DNA of 64,000 nucleotides from Glaucostegus cemiculus (lineage: Eukaryota), in assembly GCA_976551045.1 (NCBI GenBank), contig CDPCPM010000108.1:7068001-7132000 (forward strand), written 5' to 3'. Positions 11,611 through 22,899 of the stretch are shown piece after piece; the stretch's first letter is position 1, and each line of letters begins with the position of its first letter. The notes under the pieces were generated by a model that did not search any database, was not told the DNA's origin, and was given only the letters and a program-made list of their open reading frames with translations. Made by a program: the position numbers and the translations under genes.

Positions 11611-14214
11611 GTTACCACCATTTGCTGAAGTTTAAAGGAGGGCTAAAGGAGTAGTAGCATTAGTAAATCTGGAAAAAATAGCAAGATTGAATTACTGTTT
11701 CTCTTGGATAGTCCTGGAGTCTCTCAAGAACCTCTAACCAACCAAGCAAAAAAACAAATCATAGAAACACTTCATACTCCTTGTTCACCCCAGCCATACT
11801 CACAATAGGCTACTAATGGGGACTCTGCTGAAACAACACAATGAATATGTCTGTGTCGGGATCATAAAGAATTGTGGTATGGTAGCCATCTTTACCAAAT
11901 AATCAGGAGGGCAATGGTACAAGTATGGCAAAGGAAAGGTCAGAGGGTATGTGATAAATGTTCACAGACTATACATTAATTTCTGCAACATGTGCTGAGG
12001 AAGGGGTAAGGAAGGGTGCAACGTTACAGAGGTGAGAAGAGCCTTCTGTGGTGGAGAGGATATGAATTTTATAACCTCATCTTGAAGGTCAAACAATATC
12101 TTGTTTGAATAATTTTGTTCAGCCCAAGAGTGGCTGGCTAGTGATGGTGGGGGGGGGGGGGGGAATGGAATTTATTTAAACAGGTGCAAAGTATGTGGCA
12201 GGGGCTGAAGATAATGATTTCAGTCAAAGTTTAGCTGGAGGAAATGACAATTAAACCAAGATTGCATGTTGAATAGTGACAGTACAGTGATCATGACAGT
12301 TGGATGTACATATAAAAATTTCTCCATGTCTGCAGATGTCACCAAAGGACAACATGTAGATGATAATGTGGAGGCAGACAAGGATAAATTCTCAAGGTAA
12401 CTGTACTTAGATCCTATTCAAAATGTGGCTCAATGGAGCACACTTGCATGTGCACATACACGCGCGCGCAGTAAGGATAACAGACCTAATCTCACCACAT
12501 TGGTACATTCAGACTCCATGCCAGCTATGAAATGGAGCCACTTAAACTTTAAATAACATAATTTGTGCAGTTCATTCCTCCAAAAATGCATTAGCTTTCA
12601 TTCTCTAGCCTTGTAGCTGACATTACCGAAATGGTTCACAGCAACATCATTTTTGTTAGTTGAGAAATTGTGCCTAGAAGTTTAAGTTGTAAAAAGCATT
12701 ACTTTTTTCAGCCTTTTGCAATTGAAAATCAATTTTACCTGGAGTGAAACATGATAATAGTTTTGCATAACACTAGACAGTTGAACAGACATTTCAGAGG
12801 GTTATTCATCTTTGCATCCCAATGAGATTTCTGCACCATTCATATACACTCTGACCCTAAGTCACATGCAAAACCTCATTTGAAGCCTTATGGGAGGACT
12901 AAGACTAACTTGACCCAGAAATAACCATTATTGGACACGCCTAGGACAAACAGCCTTCAATAGTGCAGCACTAGATGGGGATCCTGTAAAGCAGTTTCCT
13001 TATGGCTTTTGTCACCAAATTCAACACACACATACTGAGCTCTAGTCCCCCCCACTCTTGTTCCTGATCCTCATGGTCACTAACCCCACCCCATGCTTGT
13101 TCACATCTGATTTCCAATTTTGACTCAAGGGCACATTTCCTTCAGATTCCTTCCAAATGCTGAACACAGGCCTGATCAGTCCAGTTGGTCTTGACCACCC
13201 TCTTACCCCAACCTAAGACTCAGTCTCAGCTTACAGCCTTCCCGCCCTCTTGATTCTTTGAATCTGGCTTTGATCCCAGATGGCAAATTGTTGTTCCTGA
13301 AGATACATAAAGCCCATTCAGCATCAGGTGGAATGCCCATTTGGGTGCACTGGTATTTCCAGACAATTTTTTTTACATTAGTAAACATGTGAATTGAAAT
13401 TGATATAGAGGAATAGTAACTTTTATGCAACTCATAATCAGTATCTTTTGATAAATCATACTTCTAACAATTGAATCTCTAGAATCCACGGTTTTGAATC
13501 CAAAAGAAAACATAAACTTCCCCAACCAAAATGCTCTGATTTCTTCTTTCTAAATGACCCACAAATCCATGCTACAAGTTACAATCACAAATAACAAGTA
13601 ACTTCGTTGTGCTGCAGACAATTGTAATAAGGTTTTAATCTTGCTGTTATTTGAGCACATTATCAGTAAACAACTAACAGAAAACCAACTTGCCATGAGA
13701 ATTAATAGCGATGAAAATCCATAGTGCGTGCCTTGTTGACTTTGACATTTTGTGCATCATCCTGGCACAGCTGTGTTCCCATGTACCAGTTCATAGGTCA
13801 GCAACTCTTCACCAAAAAGCATCAATCAATAATGTCACTACAGAAATCAACAGTGCAAGTGGCAGCGAACCAAGTTGCGTGAGAAGATCAAAATACAGAT
13901 CTCAAAACCGTACAAGAAACAAGGTCTTTCTAGTTTTAAAGTAAATCAGCATAATGGATAATGAAACCTCTCTCTTATCTTTCAAAACCACAAGAATTAT
14001 ACCATAAGGAGTACACTGAGCACTATAATATAGACACTATACCAAATACAGATTAGATTACATAAGATCACTGTCTATCCATGTCCTTATTATTTCATTT
14101 ATCTTTCAGAATACAGAGTACATATTTCAAAATGCTGTGCAGCAATTTTCTTATCAAAGTGCTTTAATTTTATTTTATGGAAATCACTGCTGTACAATAA
14201 AATTTATATGGAAG

Positions 14215-14335
14215 ATGAGTTCTTGAGCTGTGCTGATCAGGGAGGACCGGGTTAGCTGGTCTCAGCTGTGCCAATGATGGTGAAATGTAATTAGTCTTAG
14301 TCATCCAGGGTCAGGGAAAAGCTCAACAGCTAGAA
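14215..14335 (+). mobile_element. Possible LF-SINE-like fragment
   Basis: gggttagctggtctcagctg...aattagtcttagtcatccagggtcagggaaaa resembles my recollection of the LF-SINE core gagttagctgatctcagc...aattggcctcagtgcccctgggctagggagg; not aligned computationally. Confidence 0.4.
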
Positions 14336-16734
14336 GATAGAGGAGACGTTGATTCCATCAGTCTGACTTGGATTCAAACTCAGGTTTCCGAGTCAATGAA
14401 TAATCTGCTATCTTACTCACTTCTTCCGTGGGAAATAGGCAAGTTTTATCATGAATGCAGAGAGTTCATGAGATATTTTAGCAAAAACAATGTTAAATTA
14501 TTTTAAATATTTCATATTGATGACTATTTTATCTATAATGCAATTTAAAGTCAAGGCAGAAAAATCTTAATTGACATGTTTTATACTGCCTGAAGGGAAG
14601 TTTTAAAATTATTTTAATATTAAAAAGCATTTCATCATTAAATTGTCATATTTCTAATTACCCTTTCAAAGAATGTTCAGAAAACTTGCCTTTGTACATG
14701 TCTTAGTGGAAGAATAAAATACCTATTTGCTCAAACCAGCTCAAGAAGATCCAACACTAACTACTGCAGCTTCCTTGTCACATAGCCTACAGATCATGCC
14801 TGAAGAAATTATGACACTCATCTTTAAGTATATTAGAAGTGGTTGTGTGATTGAAGAAAAGAACCCTCAGTGAAAAAAAATCACGTAAAAGAAGGTTGAG
14901 CAATGGACCATTCATTGTTTTCTAACTCAGTAAAAAAAGTACAAACATTGGAAATGTAAAACAAGATTTAGGATATACTGGAAACACTTTACATGTTGAT
15001 TAGCATGTGTGGAAAGAATGGAAGGGGCTAATGAATCAGATATCAGCTTTTGATGAAGGCAAATGGTGCATAATCTCTTGAATGTTTCAGGCATTTTCTG
15101 TTATTGTTTCAGGTAGAGAAGAGATATGTCAAAACATGCATTGAACTTGAATGATTTCCGGGTTTGCAGGTTTAAGAATTCTCTGGAATGTGACCATTCC
15201 ATTGATTCTGGCAAATGCTTTGCTTTCACAGCTTGTAGGTACAGATCAGAACAGCTGACCTATGACTCCAACTATTTCGTAGTTGGATTGAGAGCTTCAC
15301 TTTAATTGCCTGATTAGTAAAACTTAGTTCTATAGCTGGAGCACAGAAAATGTTCTACCCAAGTCTTATTTCCTACCAGGCCTTTATTTCATGAAACTGA
15401 TTCTGTATCAAATGCAAATGATCTGTTTGCTTTATTTCGAACATAAGCTGAGAGGGCATAACATCACCAAATATCTTGAAACTAGATTGTTCTTCTCAGC
15501 TCCATGCCCTGCCACTCAAACTAAAATCAGAGCCTTTGCAACTGTTTTCCATGCAAGAAATAAATAGCTATAAATGCAGGGCCCTCTTATTGTTTTGTTA
15601 AATGCCACAAATAACTGCATTAAGAGCACACAAGCACACAATTTAAACAAGAATAATCACGGCACTGTCAAATAATTTGCATTAATGAGAAGGGAACGCA
15701 AACCATGCAATCAAATTCATATTATAGTATGCAGTTTACATACACTACTATTTTCATTTTGTGTTCAGCAAAAGTAATCTTCATGCATGACCCCCCCAAT
15801 TCCATATAAAGCCAACATGCATTTTGACTTTTTAAATTCTAACTCTAGACCTTTCAGCTCAAAAAGTCATAGGTCATTCCCAACACACCACTTTTTCACA
15901 GACTGTAATTCGTTTAGTATGTTTTGAACCAAACAACTTTTCAGTTCAGTATGAAAACCTGTGGAATAATGCCACCGGAAAACCATTCCAGTTCAGAGCA
16001 TCACATTAGACCTTGCTTAACTGTCAAACTGCCAACACTAAATAAGTGGATAAATAACATCAGTGTAACATAATTATGTTTATGATGGAAGCTACTGGTA
16101 ATCATTGAGTTTTGTATGCAGAAGAATAAGGCAAGGTAAATATTCTGAGATGGGGTCAGCAGCTTCCAATGCTTATAAAGCACCATCTAATGGCAGAATG
16201 TTGGACATGCAGGCATTACTGTCACCCTGATGGTGATAATGTCTAAATATGTACAACTTGTATATTTAATTTAATATGTTATAGGTGATTGTGTTTATCT
16301 CTTCAAAAGGTAAACAGCAAATTTGCCTCTACAAACTTGTTACTCTTTTGAATTAACAGGCCAAAATGTACCAATCTTCAGAAAAGAACCACCAACTGCA
16401 TCCTCCTCACAGGTCAGCAGATTCCAAACACACGTGGCTACAAATTGCAGCACAGAAGAATGCACTGAAGACTAATTGCTAGTTCAGGACTCAGCAGGGG
16501 TGGAGCTCACTTTTGCTGAGCAGAGGAGATGGATGCATTTAGTATCTGGTCCCTCAATATTACGCCAATGATTTGAATGGGGGTCACTGGATGGAAAAGG
16601 TATGTGAAAATAAGTACATATTTTTCTTGTTTTCTTAATATTAATAACTTAAAAATGTTTTAAAAATAAAGTTACTTTTCTCAAATAAAATAAATTGAAA
16701 AATGAAGTGTTTTCAAATGTCTCTGGAAGCTAAA

Positions 16735-17615
16735 ATATTTGACACTAAAACAGGTGGTATTGTAGAGAGTGAAGAAGGTTACCAAGAACTACAGCAGGAT
16801 GTTGCAACTGGGTAAGTGGGCAGAGGAATGGCAAATGGAGTTTAATTCAGAAAATTGTGAGGTGTTGCATTTTGGGAAGTCAAGCCAGGGTAGAAGTTTC
16901 ACAGTGAATGACAGGGCCCTCAGGAGTGTTGTAGAACAGAGGGACCCCCAGGAGTACAACTACATGGTTCCCTAAAAGTAGGATCACAGGTAGACAGGGT
17001 GGTGAAGAAGGCTTTTGGTATGCTGGCCTTCATCTGTAAGGGCATTGAGTATAGAAGTTGGAATGTTATGTTGCAGTTGTACAAGACGTTGGTGAGGCCG
17101 CACTTGGAGTTTTGGTCATCCTACTATAAGAAAGGTATCATTACATTTGAAAGAGTGCAGAAAAGATTTACAAGGATGGTTGCCAGGACTCAAGAGAGGT
17201 TCGTCAGACTGGGACTGTTTTCATTGGAGCATAGGAGACTCAGGGGTGATCTTATAGAGGGGTATAAAATAATGAGGGGCACAGGTAGGGTGAATGTACA
17301 CAGTCTTTTTTGCAGGGTTGGGGAATCAAGAACTAGAGGGCATAGGTCTGAAGTGAGAGGGGAAAGATTTAATAGGAATCCAAGAGGCAGATTTTTCACA
17401 AATAGGGTGCTATGTATATGGAATGAGCTGCCAGAGGAGGTGGTTGAATCAGGTACAATAACAAAATTTAAAAGACATTTGGACAGGTACATGGACAAGA
17501 AAGGTTTAGAGAGATAATGGGTCAAACATGGGCAAATGGGGGTAACTTAAATTGACATCTTGGATAGCATGGACGAGTTGAGCTGAAGGGCCTGTTTCCG
17601 TGCTGTACAACTCTA
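16735..17615 (+). mobile_element. CR1 (HER1-type) LINE, 5'-truncated
   Basis: ORFs with WAEEWQMEFN, LYKTLVRPHLE and RRLRGDLIEGYK; tail gctgaagggcctgtttccgtgctgtacaactctaagact. Confidence 0.93.
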
Positions 17616-18499
17616 AGACTCACTCAAGGCCATTGACAGTACGAATTATCAAAGGGCACCAAGGCACACTGGGGCAAAACTTCAGGATCCACAACTCCCT
17701 GAGGTTTAGGCACCACTCATGGATTGCTCCACCTTTCTGTCCGGTCACAATAAAGAGGCCTCAGGCTCAACTGGACCTGCAGGCCCTGAAAGGTTAGTGC
17801 AACTGTGGGGGTTATGTTGTGTGTTGGGTGGGGGGGTGGTGAATGTGAGGCACAGACCAGGTTGGACATGATCTTGATATACAGTGATTCTCTTCATGTA
17901 TTTTTCAAAATTGTAAGAGCTACCCTGGTCGGGCCTAATCCCTAAAGATTCCAAACTTTCTTCTAATTTGAATAATTCAGCTCATTTGATGAATAGTAAT
18001 TGGTGCTTCTGGAAATTAAATACCGGCATTTCATTTAAAAAACAAGCAGGCAGCCATACATAGAATTGAAACAATCACTCTGCCATGTCTATATTTGAAT
18101 TATGTGGTTTAGATTTTCTCTCACCATTAGTTTGAATGCAAACAATCTCAAAACTTTTGTTTAAGATAGTTTGAGCTATCTTCGCTCATTTATTCAGCAA
18201 AAGCCTTATCCTGTTGATCCTTCTATTTTAACACTCCATTGTTTCTTAAAGTATTCTAAACTTCTCATCTCTGCTGGTCTTCCTGAAAGCTCATTTCTTC
18301 CACTGTTCTCCTTTGTGTAAAGAAGAAATTCCTGATGTCCTTCCAACAGTTTTAATATTCTTTTTCATACCCTGACTTCACTACTGTAATATTCCAAGTT
18401 TATTTTTTAAATGTCCTTATGTATCTCAAATAATACATTCCTCTTCTTACAAAGTTGGTTTCTCCAGGCTTTCAACAAAGAATAAGGTACACAGGAAAA

Positions 18500-19500
18500 G
18501 AGAGGTCTGGGGATATATTGAAACTGATAAGCAATTTGAGGAAGGACTTCACAAAGCGTATGAAATCCTGGGCAGAATAAATTGAGGAAGAGAGTACAAG
18601 AGCAAGGAAGTCATGATGAACCATTATAAAGCATGGGCTTAGCCTCGACCTATGTCCTCCTTACGAAAGCTGTGAAGAAAGCATATACAGAAGAGAATTA
18701 TGAGATGAAGGAAGGATGAAGGACTTTGTTTGCCTTGATAAATATGAGAAGCTGCAGTTGTTCTCACCTGAAAAGAAGAAGTGGAGAGGGGATCTGACAG
18801 AAATACCTAAAGGATGCAAACAAAGCAGGTAGGAAGAAACTGCTCCCATTGGTAGAATGGTTGAGAACCAGAGGATTTAGATTTAATGAGATTGGCAAAA
18901 GAACCAAAAGTGACAAAGGAAAAAACTTTTTTTATGCAGTCAGAAGTTAGAATCTGGATCACACTGCTTGGGGATCAGTGAACACAGATTCAATCATGGC
19001 ATTCAATAGCAAACTAAATGGATACCAGGAAAGAATTTGCAGGACTATGGGCAGGGGGTTAGTGGGGGTGGAGAACAGGAATAGCTGGATTGTTCTTGCA
19101 TGGAGCCAGCATGAACTTCATGGGTAAACTGCATACTTCTGTGCTCTCCAAAATGCATTACCTTATCTAGAACCAGTCCAATGATTCCTTTCTGTAGTGT
19201 GCAACTACCTCCCACACTAGGAACCAAAAGGTCAATTTGTCTCTCATCTGCAAACTTTTTAATTATGTCCTCCATATTTAAGGTTCAATTACTGTTGAAT
19301 ATCACAGAAAGCAGGAGTCCTAGTATTGAGTCTTAAAAGATACAACACCATAGAGACCAAACAGCTTATCAATGTCATGGTAAAACCTGCTGGCCATTAT
19401 CCTTTCTTTCATGCCTCTGTGCCAATTTTAGATTCAACTGCCACTCTCTCCTTGACACTTTGTGATTGATGTATGGGACCTTTTCAAAAGGAACTGTACA
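18500..19500. mobile_element. Degenerate CR1 fragments: plus strand about 18500-19150, minus strand about 19140-19500
   Basis: Plus strand has agagtacaagagcaaggaagtcatgatgaac and ttggcaaaagaaccaaa; the minus ORF reads IIKKFADERQI. Confidence 0.65.
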
Positions 19501-21439
19501 CCTCTATTTCCCAACAACATGCTAATAAGATGAAATTTCCATGGCTTTAAACTTACATCTTTTTCTCCAAAGAGCAAACTGGTGTGTAACCAGACCATTA
19601 CTATTCAGACGGGCATGAGGTCCTGAAAATTGCAGGACAGAAATAGAAGAGACTATGGGTGATGGCAATGTGGGAGACAAGGTGAAACTAGAAGGTTAAT
19701 AAAAGCTGGGAAATTACTATCCAGACAAAGCATTGTTGAATGCAATACTAACTACTGCTATTACTTCTTTTAAGGGAGTTTTCATTTTGGAAACTTTAAT
19801 TTCTTTTCCCACAGGACGGGGACATTACTGAAAGTGCAGACTTTTATTGTTCATCCTAACTGCCCCAAAACTGAAGAGGCAGTTAATAGTCAACTACATT
19901 TGTCGATCTGAATTCATGCAAAGGTCAGAGCAAATAAGGATAGCAGATTTCCTTCCCCATAGGACATTAGTAAACCAGACCATTTTTTTTTTAAACAGCA
20001 ATACATGAGTTTTATGGTTATTGTGTACTGAGATGAGCTTTAATTACAGATTTTATCAGCAGGGTTCAAAATTCATGTCTCTAGATCAATAGCCCACAAT
20101 TCTGGTTCTAGCCCATTTCTCTGTTTCACATCTTGCCCATTAAGAAGTCAAATGAATATCCCAGCACATTTGAAGTGGAAACTGCCACTATATTCAAATC
20201 CTTCATCAGTAACTTCACTGCAACAACGTAGCAAATTTAGCACCGGCTCAGGGATACAGACTTGAAAGGACGTATGTAGTTAGTCAAGTAGAAATACAGA
20301 GCACAATTGAGGATGAAGATCTGGGCGTGTATAGAGTGGAGAACCTGTTTATTAATAAAATGATTTGTTAAATGCTCCTGGGTCACGGGAATTGGGATGG
20401 TAGATTTCTGAATGATTAAGTCACATCACAATTTCTTAAATGTCATGTATTAAAGGATAATTTTATTGGCATTAAACATTTACACTTCATAAAATTCAAA
20501 GGGGTTTTTGAACATCTTCACTCTTAATTACACTCTATTAATTGCTTGTCCTTGTGAAAACCCTTATAGTCTGTTGAACTGGATCACTCAATCAGGTTTA
20601 TATTTGCACTTGGTTACCCAAGGGCAAGTGTTAATAGAATATTTATAAGTTTGCTAAATAATTAGCAGATCATTGACTAATGTGTATTAATTTCGACACG
20701 CTATCTGGAAAGACTTGGTTGCAAAGATATTCAGGATTCTGGTGAGTTGGGCTAGTCTTTTGGTGAAAAGGTATAGCTAATTTTAAGCCAACAGTTGACA
20801 GTTTTCCCCAAATTTTTCAAGGGAAGAAATATCTTCATAAAAGCTTATAATATTCAAAATAGACAGATTTTCCTTGATCTATAAATCCTAATTAATGGAT
20901 ATTTATTTGAGAGGAAGAAAGATATTTAAAAATAGCTCAGCAATAACAGTTTTATCTTCCTTTTCATCATTCTCTTCATTGAAAGAAATCAAAAGTAGGT
21001 CATTTAGAATTTACATTCAAGGCCAAAGTATACTCTGCATGGACTTGAAGAAAATCTGATGAACTGGGCAAAATAACATTAGTTTATTAGATCACCAAGT
21101 CTGACTGCTTCACAGTGAGATCTGAGTCCAGACCATTAAATGTAAGGTAGACACAACTGTGGCCATAATACTGAACTCAGCAAGTGCTCCTCCCAGCTCT
21201 TAGAAAATTCCTCCAACAAATAATCATCTTTTTCTCTCTTTCAGTTGATTTCTTTTCCACTACCAGGATTTATTGCATTCCTGATATCTTGGAGTACTTG
21301 TTTGGGTTCATTCCTTCTGACTATTTAGGCTCTGTACTTCAATGCCCATTTGACTTAGTCAGCAAGCTGTTGTGTATCAGTTGGGAATGTTGAACATTGA
21401 GCCTAAAACCAAACCTCCCAGCTCTCTTTTGGTTTTAAC

Positions 21440-21770
21440 CTCAGTAATTTCAACATGATGCTGACAGTCTAGTACAGTACTAAAGAAGGGCTGCATTCTC
21501 AGATGTTCTATTTTTCACTGAAATGTCAAAGTAAGGCACAATATATCTCCAACAACAGAAAGTTCCTCTCAGCGTCCGGGAAATGATCTAATATCAACAA
21601 AATAATAGCAGATTATCTGGTTTTCCTCATTTTGCTGTGGAAACTTAGAGCCCAAATTGGCGATCATGTTACATTATAAAATAAGTTAGATTTCAAATGG
21701 ACATTATTGGCTCTATAGCATTTTGGGATGTCCTGAGGTAGTGAAACATACAATATCAGTACATATTCTT
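21440..21770 (+). mobile_element. Deu-domain SINE (SacSINE1/AmnSINE1-like), degenerate
   Basis: gctgacagtctagtacagtactaaagaagggctgca...cagattatctggt...ttgctgtggaaactt...caaattggc...attggctctatagcattttgggatgtcctgagg matches the Deu core and tail as I recall them. Confidence 0.65.
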
Positions 21771-22361
21771 TTTTACCCTGTTTCTGAATATCAGCCCCCT
21801 TGGTTCATGATGGCTTCTCCTCCCTTCTCCTTACCTGGATTGTAATAATTACCCTTTCACGATTTTTGCTACATGTGTAGCAAAGTTCTAATCACCTGCA
21901 GCAACATCTTCAATGGACAGAGGTGATAATCAGTATTATCAATTTTCCCCATAAATTTAGAAATGTGATAAATGTGCTTTGCCATTATCTATTATATAGA
22001 AGCTATTCAGTTTTTATTTCCTTTGATTTCCAGTTTATACCCAGTGTGGAATTGAAAATCTGCTTAACTAATTCAGAACGCCTGCTGTCTATGTCAAGCA
22101 GAGCTGGTTGGCATGTATGGATGGACAGTACACACCACAGCTGAAACGTTATTATCTCGCTTGATATACTCCAATCTCTGGTTATTTTTCTGATACCTTA
22201 CAACTTATCACAAATCCAATAGGTCAAGGAAGAAACTGTACTACTGAATTATAGTTTTGAGAAAGAGCAAAATAAAAAAAACAGCTGATTGACAACTCAG
22301 TATCAACACATTTTAATTATTTCATCAGAACTAGTTCATACAAACAAAAATAGACACAGAA

Positions 22362-22680
22362 GAGAGTCATGCAATGACACAGCACAGAGACAGGCCCTTT
22401 AACACCACACCAACAAGCACCCATTTTAAACTAATCCTACATGTCCTATTTTACTCTCCCCACATTCCTATGAACTTCACAGATTCTAATCTCACCTACA
22501 CACTGGGGTTAATTTAAAGCAGCCAATTAACCTACCAACCCACATGTCTTTGGGATGTGGGAGCACCTGGAGGAAAACAACATGGTCACAGGGAGAACGT
22601 ACAAACTCCATACAGACAGCACCCAAGGTCAGAAGTAAACCACATTGCTGCTGCTGTGAGGCAGTGGCTCTACTAGCTAA
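22362..22680 (-). mobile_element. V-SINE (HE1-like) with CR1-derived tail
   Basis: Minus strand V domain ggagtttgtacgttctccctgtgacc...cccacatcccaaagacatgtgggttgg; ends in aagggcctgtctctgtgctgtg like the CR1 3' ends. Confidence 0.75.
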
Positions 22681-22899
22681 CAAAGATTATTTTATAGAAA
22701 TGTGAATTCTAAGGTTTATCGCAGGCTCTCTGTCATATTGAATAATATTAAAGTCAAAATTATTCAACCTAACTAGTCTATACTGGAGTTTACGCACCAC
22801 CTGAACCTCATTCAGTTCCATATGCTTCTGTTCCTTTTCTCCTCTGAGTTGTATAGCACGTGACAGAGTAAGAGCGCAGAATGTACTAGGGAGGGGCTT

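Noticed and set aside
12149-12163. G15 run; also a G4-type motif at 46482-46499 and an alternating purine-pyrimidine tract near 12445-12470
   Set aside because: Common simple sequences with no supporting context; the homopolymer length may be an assembly artefact.
16999-17517. Longest ORF (172 aa) as a host gene
   Set aside because: It is the CR1 ORF2 C-terminus in a 5'-truncated copy. The same applies to 9694-10491, 24393-24979 and 53279-53689 (LINE fragments).
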